Under the pieces are notes generated by a model. The model did not search any database. It was not told the DNA's origin and was given only the letters and a program-made list of their open reading frames with translations. A stretch of DNA of 64,000 bases, taken from assembly GCA_951406725.2 (NCBI GenBank), contig OX597816.1, forward strand, positions 15,252,001 through 15,316,000. Reading direction: 5' to 3'. Made by a program: the position numbers and the translations under genes. Origin of the DNA: Octopus vulgaris (lineage: Eukaryota). Numbering within the stretch: position 1 is the stretch's first letter; each line of letters starts with the position of its first letter. Below, one piece after another: positions 50,970-64,000 of the stretch.

Positions 50970-52004
50970 ATTCAATTCCTGTTGAACCTGATATTACTTT
51001 ACTAATTTCTGGGATTCATAAATTACATACAGCCCATGTATTTATTCATCATCATTATCAATTCCGGGATCCCATTTTCTCAAGTCCTTGGACTCATAGC
51101 ACTGGTGACCTGGTTTCCATGGCATAGAAGGGATAACATTTTCTCCTGGACAGGACACTAGTCCATTGAAGGGTCGCTCATTTAGAGATGAGTAGGTTGG
51201 AGAAATGTGAAATGAAGAGTTTTGCTCAAGAACACAATACATTGCATAGTCTGGGAATCAAAGCCTAGATCATGTTATCATGTATGCAACATTCTAGCCA
51301 CTAAGCCATGCGAGTTTACTACCCATGTACAGGGGTTGATGAAATAAAACCCAAATATAACTTGGGAAGCTGACCCAGTCCTCTGCTGGCCTATCTTTTA
51401 TAAGGCTTTTTTCCAGTATAAAAATATAGATTTTTTCACCTATACTAAGTACTCATCATCATCATCACCCTACCCCAACACCACTACCACCACCACCATC
51501 ATCATCATCATCATCCCCACCCCAACGCCACTACCACCACCACTACCACCATCACCACCATCATCATCCTCATCATCATCACCATCACCATCACCATCAC
51601 CATGATCATCACCATGATCATCATTTATCATCTATTTTCCATGTTGACATGGAAAACGTTGGACAGTTTGACAGGGGCTGGCAAACCAGAGAGCTGCACC
51701 AGGTTCCCATTGTCTGTTTTGATATGGTTTTTACAGTTGGATGACCTTCTTAATGCTGTGTCTTTCTTTTTGTTTTTTTTTTTTGTGAGGAACCAGCACA
51801 GGTGCTTTTTATGAGGCATCAGCACATTATCCTTGTTATTGCCTTTCATCCTTTCATGTTCAATAAAATAACCATCGGTTGAGCGCTGGGGACAATATAA
51901 TCAATGTAAGCCCTTCATGAAATTGCTGGCCTTGTGCCAAAATTTGAAGCTATTATCATGACTTGTATTATGCCCTCGTCTCAAAATTAATCTTATTCAC
52001 TGTC

Positions 52005-52330
52005 TTTAATAATTTCTCTGTTCTCTTCTGCAAATATTTTAGTAAGCTATTTCTTTCTTTCCCTCTGTACACACTCTTCCACAGCAATTAAGCCTCTTAC
52101 ACCCTGGTCTCTCTCTTCAAGTATAACCAGTTAATATCAGCTTTCTGGTGGTGGTCTCCATACATTGTCAACAGTTTTCTAGTTTTTTTCTGTCGACTTT
52201 CTGTATCTTGCTTTTGGTCCAATCTACAATTTCAAATTCCGTATCTAATTACCGGTACTGCTCTAGCATTTATTGCTTCAATAGCAGTTTTTTAATTCAA
52301 CTTTGACAGCAATATTTCACTCATGCTCCA
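52005..52330 (-). mobile_element. R4/Dong RT thumb-region remnant
   Basis: Across frameshifts: AINARAVPVIRYG..IVDWT....VDRK.RKLLTMYG.HH.KADI..LYLKR..G.RGL. Confidence 0.85.
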
Positions 52331-52450
52331 TGTATACTCCCTACACGTAATTTGATTATTATTATTGTTATTATTAATAATCCTCCCCGTCAGATTTTTT
52401 GTTTTTAAAATTTTGTATGCTATGCATACATCTCTTCTTTTTCAGTGTAT

Positions 52451-52839
52451 ACTCTTTACTTGTTTCAGTCATTTGAATGCGGCCATGCTGGAGCACCGCC
52501 TTTTGTCGAGCAAATCGACCCCGGGACTTATTCTTTGTAGGCCCAGTACTTATTCTATCGGTCTCTTTTGCCGAACCGCTAAGTGACAGGGACGTAAACA
52601 CACCAGCAATGCTAGAGGGACAAACACAGACACACAAACATATACATACACATACATATATATATACATATATACGACAGGCTTCTTTCAGTTTCCGTCT
52701 ACCAAATCCACTCACAAGGCTTTGGTCGGCCCAAGGCTATAGCAGAAGACATTTGCCCAAGATGCCACGCAGTGGGACTGAACCCAGAACCATGTGGCTG
52801 GTTAGCAAGCTACTTACCACACAGCCACACCTGCGCCTA
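52451..52839 (-). mobile_element. Young SINE B
   Basis: Family motifs. Confidence 0.92.
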
Positions 52840-53139
52840 TACTGTGTATACTTTCTTTCTTTCACTTTTCTTCTTTCTTTTTATCATTTCATCATACTAG
52901 TAAATCTACTCATCTACAATTGAGGCATAAAATGAGGAAGGGAAGTCATAACAGCTGTATATATTGAGAAATGTGTAAATAGACTTGATAGATTGGATGT
53001 CTTAGAGATATCACGTTATTGTTGGCGATGCAGCATTCTATTGCAGTTATATGACATATGTTTGTGACTCAGTGACATGTGATGATGGCTTACTCTCAAT
53101 CTGAAATAAGCTCCCAGCCTCTAGTAGTTGTAGCTGATG

Positions 53140-53552
53140 TTAGTGCCGCCTGACTGGCTTTCGTGCTGGTGGCATGCAATAAGCACCATTCATCTGTGGG
53201 TCATTGTCAGTGCCGCCTGACTGGCTCTCGTGTTGGTGGCATGTGAAAAGTACCATCCGAACATGGTCGATGCCAGTCCCCACCACTCCAACTGGCTCCT
53301 GTGCTGGTGGCACGCAAAAGCACCATCTGAACGTGGCCAATGCCAGTGTCGCCTGACTGGCTCCCATACAGGTGGCACGTAAAAAGCACCCACTACACTC
53401 TCAGAGTGGCTGGCATAAGGAAGGGCATCCAGCTGTAGAGACATTGCGAGATCAGATTGGAGCCTGGTGCGGCCTCCTGGCTTGCCAGTCCCCAGTTAAA
53501 CCTTCCAACCTATGCCAGTATGGAAAACAGATGTTAAACAATGATGATGATG
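53140..53552 (+). mobile_element. SINE C with about 4 internal tandem units
   Basis: Repeated GTGCCGCCTGACTGGCT..GTG.TGGTGGCA units; (GAT)n tail. Confidence 0.85.
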
Positions 53553-56250
53553 ATTATTATTATTATTATTATTAAGGCAGCAAGCTAGCAGAATCGTTAG
53601 CATGTTGGGTGAAATGCTTGGCAGTTTTTTTGCTTCCATCTTCATCTTCTGAGTTCAAATCGTGTGTAAAGAGTATACATATACAGTGGATTTCTGCACA
53701 GTTTTCATTTAAAGAAAACACTTGGCTAGACTGCTGCACAGTGATATAGAACCCCAAACCACCAAAACCATATGTCAGCCAAGTGAACTACTTGACCACA
53801 CAACCATGCCTGCATCCATACATCCCTGACCCAACAGCACCATTCTTATTATGTGCCTATCCTTCTAAACTCAAGTGCTAAAACACAAAACTGGAAAAAC
53901 TACTAAAGAATAGCAAAAGCAACGAATTATTCTTATCTTTCTTCTCTTCAGTCATTCAAGAGCACATATCATGGACATTTCTTGATGCCAACAGTTTAGT
54001 TGCCATTGAGGAATTAATTGAAGTATTACAAAAGTGTCTCAGAAATCAGAATTATGGGCTGAAGTCCAAAAATATTCTGAAGAATAAGATGACCAAGACG
54101 AAAGAAGAAAATTGTAATTAAGCCAGTTTTGCTTAAATCTTTCAATTTGGTTACATTACGATATCCTAAAAAAGCATATATACAATATTTGTCTGGGAGA
54201 GTAAGTACATTTCTTTTCTTTCTTTTATTTTTTTGTCTGTTAGTCCTGAAAAAGACAATCATGTGATTTCAATATTAATGACTTTACAGCAGGTGCACTT
54301 TTAAAATCTACACTGATGAAGTTCAAAGGTACTTTTGGAGTTTGTGCTTTGCGTTTCATAGAGACATGGCTGTGAGGTGAAGACGTTTGTTTCTCAACCA
54401 TGTGGTTTTGGGTTCAGTCCTATTGTGTGACATTTCAAGTAAAAGCTTTCAACTACAGTCTTGGGTTGACCAAAGCCTTGTAAGTGGATTTAGTTGATGG
54501 AAACTGAAAGAAGACTGTCATATATATATATATATTTATCAAAAGAAAAACAGGATGCAAAGGATTTATCGGTACATGTGTTTCTGGCTTTATTGGACAG
54601 TTTATATCAATGCATAATTGATGTAATATGTATGTCAATAGCCTTCCTCAGCTGCGCACAATTACCACACCAAAGACATGTATTACATTATAAGTTTGGG
54701 AAAAAGACGAGTTTCGTTGGGGATGCAAATCCTCATAGTTGTATACAGCAGAGCGAGACACCAAAACAAAAACAAAACGTCCATACCATTTTTCACTCGA
54801 TATGGAATGAGGAGGTTGGATGTTGAGATAAAGAGGGAAGGAGTAGAAGGGGGTGAATCTTTAATGAGTTTGGGATCACAAAGAGGAAAAATAGTAAGTG
54901 CAAAATGTATATATATATATATATTATAAAATGAGATACAATCAGTTCATCAAATGTATTATATGGGTAAAGGTAATAATATTACCGTAAATTAATACTA
55001 CAAAATTAGAGAATGGAGAAACATACTATTTTATATTTTACATTTTTATATTTTTATATTTATATGTATATGATTATATAATATTTTTTCGGATAGTTGA
55101 TGTTTTATTGATTTAAGTATGTTTCTCCATTCTCTAATTTTGTAGTTATATATATATATATATATATATAATATGTATGTGTGTGCATGTGTATGTGTGT
55201 GTGTATATATATATATACATATATACATAATTTGCCACTATTGGCCCAGCAACAGATTAGAAAGCGTATGTGTGCCATTGTTTTATCCTAAATTCCACAC
55301 ACTCTACATTTTGCTAATACCATTTTCCCATACACATATTTTCTCGAGTTTTTTTGTTTTTAACTCTTGATTTTGAGCTACTAGTATAAGGCTCTCTGTT
55401 TGATTTCTCAATTGCCCTTTTTTCAACCAAGCCCAGGATTTTGTTCCACTTACATCCTCAGGGGCTTTCTATGATCATGCAACAGTTTCTCTTCAGTCTA
55501 TTTAGCAAATTCTCTTTGAATTTCTTTCTTGTTCTTTTCTCTTATTCCACACTTAATCACCACTATGGCCTTTTACAGATAACAACAGCGATGATTACAT
55601 TCTGAGAGAGAGGGAGAGATACTTCTTGGAGTTTACAGTAAGCTATTGATATGGCAACATGCAGCTTGCCCAAAATAGCTGGAAACAATTGTGCTATACC
55701 AGTGATGGCAAAGGGTCCTATCTTCTATTTGTACCATTCACCGTAGCCACCTTCCTGGGTCATCTGGCTGGTAAAAATGCATGCAAATGGTTTTTATAGG
55801 GGACTAGAAGTCAAATTCTAGAATGTTCAAGAAAACCTGTCCATACCATTGCATTGTGCTAATATGGTTTTATATTTTAATTGAAATATTAAACTGAAAA
55901 TTTAAAGATACATGATTTATGTTAAAACTTATTTTGATAAAGTAAGCTAATTAAGCTATTGGGTTCATATCTCGGAAATAGATTTTGTATTGTCTCTTTA
56001 TTATAGTAGACCAATCACATGAAACTAAGGTGGTTTGCTTGTGATGTCTGACCATGTATTCAGGGCTACAGTTTTGGATCTCAGCTACAAATAAAATGAG
56101 TTACCTCCACAGTCACACAACAAAAATAATGTTAGTACTGCTGAAAAAAATGGCAAACTCCAAGTAATCTAATTCTAGTTCTCTTTTGATTTTCTGGTAA
56201 CACTAGCATTCATCCTGTAAATATGCTGTCATAAAGATAAGCATCACAAC

Positions 56251-56776
56251 TTAACCCTTTCATTATTATACTTCTGTTAAAATACACTGACTCTGATTCA
56301 ATTAATTTTAAAAATAATGAAGTATTTAGTGAAATACCATTGTCATTATTAATCATGTGTTTGAAACATATTAATATGAAATTTTGATGGAAGGTTTTAG
56401 CTTAGATCACTTGGAAACAGGAAATTTATTCTGGGGTGGTCACATGTAGATTGGCATCAAAAGAGTTAATCCTTTTGTTATCATTTTACTGTTGAAATAC
56501 AGTGCTTCTGTTTCAATTAAATAATGAAAAATTTAGTACAATAAGTTTATTATTATTAATCTGGTGCTTTGGAACAACTGACGATGAATTTTTAGGGAAG
56601 GTTTTATTTTAGATCATCTTTAAAATAGGGAGTCTGTAATAAAGATCCAAAGGTGGCCTTGGGAGGTAATAAAGATCCAAGGGTGGCCTTGGGAGGTAAT
56701 AAAGATCCAAGGGTGTCCTTGGGGGGTAATAAAGGTCCAAGGGTGGCCTTGGGCAGGTTGGTGACAAAAGGATTAA
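56251..56776 (+). mobile_element. Two tandem TTAA MITE family 2 copies sharing a TTAA at 56466-56469
   Basis: TTAACCCTTT...AAAAGAGTTAA then TTAATCCTTTTG...CAAAAGGATTAA; other copies at about 34208-34420, 31587-31710, 32710-32822. Confidence 0.75.
56636..56755 (+). repeat. 30-bp minisatellite, 4 units
   Basis: GTAATAAAGATCCAAGGGTGGCCTTGGGAG units, each with a CCAAGG/CCTTGG hairpin. Confidence 0.95.
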
Positions 56777-56823
56777 AACTATGTCATTCTATGCTTGTCT
56801 GTAATAGATCAAAATAGTTGTAG

Positions 56824-57160
56824 TCATCATCATCATCATCATCATAATTAAACGTCCACTTTCCATGCTAGCATGGGTTGGACGATTTGACTGAGGTCTG
56901 GCAAACCAGACTCCAATCTGATCTGGCAGAGTTTCTACAGCTGGATGCCCTTCCTAACGCCAACTACTCTGAGAGTGTAGTGGGTGCTTTTACGTGCCAC
57001 CAGCACGAGGGGCCAGTTAGGTAGTACTGGCAACGGCCATGCTCAAATGGTGCTTTTTACGTGCCACCTGCACAGGAGCCAGTCCAGTGGCACTGGCGAC
57101 GACCTCGCTCGAATATTTCACGTGCCACCAGCACAAGTGCTAGTAAGGTGACGCAGTAAT
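56824..57160 (-). mobile_element. SINE C
   Basis: Family motifs. Confidence 0.88.
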
Positions 57161-57489
57161 GATTAGATTATAACTGGCGCTCCATCATTTATGATGATGA
57201 GGGTTTCAGTTGATCCAAATGATGGGACAGCTTGCTTGTGAAATTAACATGCAAGTGGCTGAGCACTCCACAGACATGTGTAACTCTTAACGTGGTCCTC
57301 AGGGAGATTCTGCATTATACAGAATGTGACAAGGCTGACATTTTGAATTACAGGTATGACTCATTTTTGCTAGCAGAGTGAACTGGAGCAATGTGAAATA
57401 AAAGTCTTGCTCAAGGAATTGAACTTGTGACCTTGTTATTGTGAGCCGTATACCCAAACCACTAAGCTATGCACCTTCACGTTAGATTG

Positions 57490-57775
57490 TCATAAAATAA
57501 CATTCACTGATATGCTGGGTAAGAAGCCAAAATTCTAGACTAACCCTGAGCTTAAGACTTGCACAGGACACAGTATTCTGTTTCTTAATTGACAGTGTTC
57601 TATCACCATGGGAACCAAAAACTTTGAAGCTGCCAGAAGAGAAAAGGAAGAAATCAAATGACAGGAGAGAAAGGCTCAACAAACCTTGTTCTTCACCAAC
57701 ATTGCTCTGCAGTCAATGCTATCGACTTTTCTATGCAAGAATTGATCTACAGAGTCATCAATGCCATCACCATAA
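57490..57775 (+). mobile_element. RTE LINE 3' end with C2H2 finger
   Basis: EEKRKK..RRER...CSQCYRLFYARIDLQSHQCHH. Confidence 0.75.
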
Positions 57776-58299
57776 AGGACGCGTTGAGCAAAGAAGAAAA
57801 TAAATTCTTGGATATGAGATAAAGTTGACAAATGATTCAGCAGAGAATTAAAAGTTATCTGATCTATTGTTGTATATGTACTGTAAGAGAGAATGATGCA
57901 AAAGTCTAGAAAGAGAATTATATAAAACTCCACAGAATTTACTGAAGTAAAAGGAAGTTAGAAAAATTTTCAATTCATGGATTATAATGATCAACAGGGA
58001 CAGTGGAGAACTTTGGATTTTTGTGTGGTTAAGAAGATCACTTAGCAATCAGAGGGTTTTGGGTTCAGTCCCACTATGCAGCACCTATGGCAAGTGTCTT
58101 TGGCTATAGTCCTGGACTGACCAATGCCTTGTGAATGAATTTGGTAGGTTCAAACTGCAAGGAGGTCCATTGTACACACACACACACACACACAAATTGC
58201 AGGATTTGAGTCAAAATTTGAAAGACCTATTATCATGGATTAAACTTTTGAAAAGGGGCTGTGGCCATTGTCCCAGCAATCTCTCAAGAGATTCATGAG

Positions 58300-58640
58300 A
58301 TTGGTGAAACCACTGAGGTTAGCATTTCTATTTAACAGTTGCAATTTAATAGCCGTGAGAAACATATGCACAAGAAAAGAATCCCAGTGGACTGATGATA
58401 CGCCCTGGGGAAGAAGGACTGCTTATAATAGGTTAATGCTGGCCTTGGGTGGGGGTTGGGACACCCAGTATTTGAGGCAAAAGGACAGGCAAGTGAGTTG
58501 GAAGTTGGTTAAGCAGAGACAGCATGAGACAAGTTAGATGTGAGAAGCGGAAACTATGATAGTTGTGATAGAAAAGTAGAGAGAGGGGAGACAGCATGTC
58601 TGGAGGCTGGAACATGGAGTGTATTGGTGCACTGAATGGA
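58300..58640 (-). mobile_element. Decayed CR1/Jockey-group LINE 3' end
   Basis: SLLFYHNYH...YKQSFFPR...HWDS, resembling the LSLFYRYY...SFFPRT..LWNSLP motif. Confidence 0.5.
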
Positions 58641-58904
58641 CTAAATATTTAGGGTTGTGAGTTCAGTTATCATTCTTTCAAATCTTCTACAGACATTCCA
58701 TTAAATTTCTAGGCTGAGTACTTATTGCATTTATTTGTATGTAATGTGAGAAATTTTATAGAAAACAACTGGGTCAAAATTGGTGAGGGTAACATTATCA
58801 AATATGATAAAAAGAAATTAAGATATTCTTTTATTCATTTATTTGTTTCAGTTCTTTGAATGCGGCCATGCTGGAGCACCACCTTGAAGGCATTTAGTTG
58901 ACTA

Positions 58905-59520
58905 GCTTTGTCAATGAGTCAAGCTGCGGAAGCTTCTGTGTAACAAAAATGGCACCCACACCTGCTTACCATCAAGATAACACTGGAGATGTTGCAGCCT
59001 CAGTGTGTCTGTGCATCATTAGCCATGGCATGCCTAGTCCTCCATTCAGTGGCTATTGACAGCAAATCAACCGTCTGACAAATGGAACACATCCCTTCCA
59101 CAGAAAGCAGAAGAGCAAGCACTCTAGCTTGATCAGCCACAAAGCAGGGCAAGGGGCGACTGTCAAGTGGTAGTAGATGACGGAATTACTGTATGCATCC
59201 ACTACCTCCAGCTGACCCTTCAGGGACAGCTTCCTTTCTGCCAATTTCTGGGTGAGATTGGATACTTTGCTCATAACCTCTTCCTAGTTCTTGTCCACCT
59301 GAGCAATTTAACTGGTCTGTCCATCTAGTGTCCTACAATGCTGTTGATTGGCATAGACCTGCCTCTCCAGGTGCTGAGGTGCAGGCCCACTGATTTGTCC
59401 TGATTAATTTTTGCTGCTGTCACCACTTCATACTTTTTAAGGTAGTGGTGATCACCTTGATCTCCAAGCTGGCCAACACTATTACAGTGATGTTGTCTGC
59501 ATAAGCGGACACAAACCATC
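58905..59520 (-). mobile_element. Tx1/L1-clade RT remnant
   Basis: SAYADNITV (YADD-like), AKINQDKS, RKLSLKG, FCFLWKG, GGLGMP. Confidence 0.85.
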
Positions 59521-60115
59521 TATTCTACTATAAGCACAAGGCCTGAAATTTTTGTGGAGAGGGCACTAGTTGATTACACCAACTCCAGTACTCAACCAGT
59601 ACTTATTTTATCGACCCCTGAAAGGATGAAAAGCAAATACAACATTGGTAGAATTTGAACTCAGAATGTAATGTAGTCTGAAGTGTCGTTAAGCATTTCA
59701 TCTAGCACGCTAATGATTCTGCCAGGAGTGGCTGTGTGGTAAGTAGCTTGCTTATGAACCACATGGTTCTGGGTTCAGTGCCACTGCATGGCACCTTGAG
59801 TAAGTGTCTTCTGCTATAGCCTCGGGCTGACCAAAACCTTGTGAGTGGATTTGGTAGATGGAAACTAAAAAAGTCCATCGGATATATATGTATATATATA
59901 TATATATATATATGCATGTATGTGTATATGTTTCTGTGTCTGTGTTTGTCCTCCCAACATCACTTGACAACCGATGCTGGTGTGTCTTAGCGGTTTGCCA
60001 AAAGTGACCGATAGAATAAGTACTAGGCTTCCAAAGAATATGCCCTGGGGTCGATTTGCTCGACTAAAGGCAGTGCTCCAGCATGGCCACAGTCAAATGA
60101 CTGAAACAAGTAAAA
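59519..60115. mobile_element. SINE A (59519-59722 minus) joined head-to-head with SINE B (59723-60115 plus)
   Basis: Family motifs. Confidence 0.85.
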
Positions 60116-60125
60116 AAAAGAGTAT

Positions 60126-60460
60126 ATCATCATGAAAGAAAGAGAAAAGGTTGATAAATATGGAGAACTAAGAATTGAGATCGCTAAGACGTGGCAGCTA
60201 TGAGGTTATTCCTATTGTCATCAGAGCATTGGGTTCAATACTACCCAATCTGAAAAAAACATCTGAAAACCTTAGAAATGCCCTACAATGTAGATGTATT
60301 GCAAAAGTTGGCATTATTTGGAACTGCACGCATATTGCGTAAAGTACTGCCTATCTGAGATCCTTGTTGTGACTTGATAAATAATACAAACCCCCGGTAG
60401 ACACAATATCTTCAATCAACAACCTCATGATATTGTATACTCTGCAACATCTATAATAAC
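60126..60460 (+). mobile_element. R4/Dong 3' end, second family
   Basis: KEREKVDKYGELRIEIAKTW..VIPIVIRALGSI...LQKLALFGTARILRKVL*, then (AAT)n. Confidence 0.88.
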
Positions 60461-60463
60461 AAC

Positions 60464-60526
<63 letters not shown>

Positions 60527-60530
60527 AATA

Positions 60531-60570
<40 letters not shown>

Positions 60571-60589
60571 CAATGACGACGACAATGAT

Positions 60590-60935
60590 GATATTCAAGA
60601 AGGAAGGCAAAACGATAAATAGATACAACTCTCTTAAGTATGCAATAGCCTGGCTATGTAAAATGAAGAAGGTGAAGATAATGCCAATTATTGTTGGGTC
60701 CTTGGGAACAGTATCAGGAGGCATGAAGGGGAATATAAAGGAAATTGGAATAGAGTGTTCTGTAGAACTGTTTACAAAAGGTTTGCCTCCTTGGCATGGC
60801 CAGAATAATCAGGAAAGCATTAGACAGCTGAAAAGAACAGATAGCATGGTACCGTAGGCTGCATGTAGCAAGCCTGCTATGCATACAAGATTCCAGGATC
60901 TCAAAAAAAAAAAACCCTGTGATAAAGAAAAGTAA
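60590..60935 (+). mobile_element. R4/Dong 3' end, third family
   Basis: RYNSLKYAIA....VKIMPIIVGSLGTV...LQKVCLLGMARIIRKAL, then (AAT)n. Confidence 0.85.
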
Positions 60936-60970
60936 TAATGATAATAATAATAATAATAATAGTAATAATA

Positions 60971-61014
<44 letters not shown>

Positions 61015-61091
61015 AATAATAATAATGCTCAATGTCACGTTGATGGCATGCACTGCTCTCTCACTCAATAATAATAATAATAATAATAATA

Positions 61092-61144
<53 letters not shown>

Positions 61145-61671
61145 AATAATAATGATAATAATAATAATAATAACAACAACAATAATAAATTGAAATAAAA
61201 TACAAAAATAAATATAAAAGCTCACTTCTGTGAGACCAAAGGCTGAGTAGAGTAAAAGCAGAAATGACAGAGCCAAGTATAAATTTGACAGAATAAAAAA
61301 ATGGTTGGGAAAAAAGAGAAAACGAAGATTCAGAAATTCAAATTATTCAGATTGGATTTACAATTGGTTTGTATAATAATGGATGCCAAGCAAGCTGCTT
61401 GTGAGAATAAATATTTCACTAAACAAGAATGCTGGATGCGATATTTTGAATACGTTAGATGTGTGACAGAATCTCATGTGTTTTGATATATAACACAGCA
61501 TGCTCCATGGAAATTAGGCAAAAATAAATGAATGCCAAAGGCATTTAAATATGACCTGAGTATAAATAAATAATCAATCAGATGTTTAAAGACCAGATTG
61601 GCATTCATTGATACTTTATTCTGAACTGCTGCGCATTCGTTTCTCTCTTGTCTACTTTTAATTTATTGTTA

Positions 61672-61720
<49 letters not shown>

Positions 61721-61864
61721 CATTATGTTCAATTTTTGGCATTGAAGGGAATAATACAATAAAATTTTTTGCACCAGATGTCTCCAGGAACATCTGCAAG
61801 AAACATAAACTGAAACTGGTTATAAAAAGCCCAAAAGAAAATTTGAAGAAAGAAGAAATGAGGA

Positions 61865-61914
61865 AGATAGGTAGAGAGATAGATAGACAAATAGATAGAC
61901 AGATATGTAGATAA

Positions 61915-61960
<46 letters not shown>

Positions 61961-62037
61961 CTGTACATGCACACTCATAGACAGATGTACCAATAGATAG
62001 ATAGATAGATAGATAGATGGATAGATAGATAGATGAA

Positions 62038-62079
<42 letters not shown>

Positions 62080-62179
62080 GATGGATAGATAGATAGATAG
62101 ATGATGGATAGATAGATAGATAGATGATAGATAGATAGATAGATAGATAAATTGATAGATAGATAGGCAGATAGATAGA

Positions 62180-62228
<49 letters not shown>

Positions 62229-62231
62229 ATT

Positions 62232-62269
<38 letters not shown>

Positions 62270-62278
62270 TAGATAGAG

Positions 62279-62348
<70 letters not shown>

Positions 62349-62488
62349 AGAGAGAGAGAGAAATAGACAGATAAATAAATAGATATATGTACAGAGAGAA
62401 AAATAGATAGAAAGATAGATAGATAGATGTGCAGAGAGAAAAATAGATAGATAGATGTACAGAGAGAAAGATAGATAAATAGATAGAT

Positions 62489-62539
<51 letters not shown>

Positions 62540-62566
62540 GATAGATAGATAGATAGATGTATAGAG

Positions 62567-62609
<43 letters not shown>

Positions 62610-62630
62610 GAGAGACAGATAGATAGATGA
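61865..62630. repeat. (GATA)n/(GA)n/(GACA)n tract
   Basis: Direct reading. Confidence 0.95.
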
Positions 62631-62989
62631 GTGTGGGATGGCACAGAAGAAAAACAAGACAAGACATTTATATTAACGAATGATGGATAGAAAAATAAAC
62701 GTTTGAAATGAAAAGAGCTGAGTTTGAATTAAAGATTTGCATGAAAAAGCTTTGTGCATTATTGCAGCCTGACGTGAAAACGTAATGAAAAAGAGATCTA
62801 CATTCAACAGTGTTAAGATAAGCAGCTGATATGCTGAATCCAGAAATAGTTTTGCTAAGAGTCCGACATGCAAATGGTGGCCTTGTGCCAACATAAAAGA
62901 AAAAAGAGAAAAGAAAAACAAAACACGATTATCGTTATATGTTATGTTGTTGTTGGTGTTGTTATTTAGCCTCAGGTCAACTTGTTTTA

Positions 62990-63328
62990 TTTATTGGACT
63001 GTGGCCATGCTGGGGCTGTGGCTCGAAGGGTTTAATTGAGTAAATCAATCTCAGTGCTTATTTTGCTTTTTTTTTTTTAAGCCTGTTACTTAATTCTGTT
63101 CGTTTCATTTGCTTGCTGAACTGCTAAGTCACGGGAATGTAAACAAACTGACACCGGTTGTCAAGCAGTGGTGGGGGACAAGCACAAACACATGCGTGCA
63201 CATGCACACACACACACACTCACACACACACACTTACACACACACACACTCCCCCACACACACACACTCTCACACACACACACACTCACACACTCTCTCA
63301 CGCACACACACTCATACACACACACACA

Positions 63329-63373
<45 letters not shown>

Positions 63374-63502
63374 ACACACACACACTTACACACACACACA
63401 CTCACACACACACACACACTCACACACACACACACTCACACACACACACACTCTCACACACACACACTCATACACACACACACTCATACACACACACACA
63501 CA

Positions 63503-63551
<49 letters not shown>

Positions 63552-63710
63552 ACATAAACATATATGTTGGGCTTATTTCAGTCTCTGTCTACCCCTAACC
63601 CATTCACAAGGCTTTGGTCAGCCCAGAGCTAGCTATAGTAGAAGACATGTACTCAAGGTGCCATGCAGTGGGACTGAACCAAAATCCACTTAGTTGGGAA
63701 GTAAGCTTCT
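62990..63710 (-). mobile_element. SINE B with its internal microsatellite expanded to about 350 bp of (CA)n
   Basis: Both SINE B halves flank the CA tract at 63205-63550. Confidence 0.8.
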
Positions 63711-63805
63711 GAAAGCATCTACTTTTAAAAAGTTTGTTTGGTTAAAGAAAAGAGACTGAGCTTATTGCTTTCACATTTGCTTCTGAGACTGATGAAATAC
63801 ATAAC

Positions 63806-64000
63806 AGATGAGCTGGCTGAACCATTAACACATCGGACAAAATGCTTAGCAGTATTTCTTTTGCCTCTTTTTATTCTGAGTTCAAATCCTGTCAACGGTC
63901 AACTATGCTTTTCGTCTCTTAGGAGTTGGTAAAATAAAATACCAGTCAAGTACTGGGGTAAGTGTGATTGACTTGTCCCCTTTCTCTCAAAATTGCTGTC
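63806..64000 (+). mobile_element. Old SINE A, running to the window end
   Basis: Family motifs. Confidence 0.75.

Noticed and set aside
53140-53390. CRISPR-like repeat/spacer appearance (also 21690-21905 and 56636-56755)
   Set aside because: Whole units are homologous tandem repeats inside TEs; no unique spacers, no cas genes, eukaryotic context
57676-57933. 85-aa minus-strand ORF
   Set aside because: Partly antisense to the RTE zinc-finger remnant; no independent support
61605-62667. Long LSIY-repeat ORFs
   Set aside because: Reverse strand of (GATA)n

Overview
AT-rich, extremely microsatellite- and repeat-dense eukaryotic DNA. It is intronic or intergenic, with no intact host gene visible, and almost all listed ORFs are simple-repeat artefacts. 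The SINE and microsatellite content resembles an octopus/coleoid cephalopod genome (inference from recalled repeat style, not a database result). Contents: a full-length decayed DD37D (maT-type) Tc1/mariner element; a 5'-truncated Penelope-like element (PLE) with a GIY-YIG endonuclease; remnants of RTE, CR1-group, Tx1 and several R4/Dong LINEs; Helitron, Helentron/HINE, hAT and TTAA (piggyBac-like) non-autonomous elements; and dozens of copies of four SINE-like families (my labels A-D). The most interesting signal is a set of minimal hammerhead-ribozyme (HHR) motifs in several unrelated PLE-type termini. These include a U3-A8 compensatory core, a U4C core, and a tRNA-headed SINE ending in an HHR, a candidate Penelope-mobilised SINE. 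Also notable: a pre-miRNA-like hairpin, a SINE-mediated 953-bp tandem duplication, and a SINE insertion carrying a locally templated 200-bp segment. Coordinates of decayed repeats are approximate.
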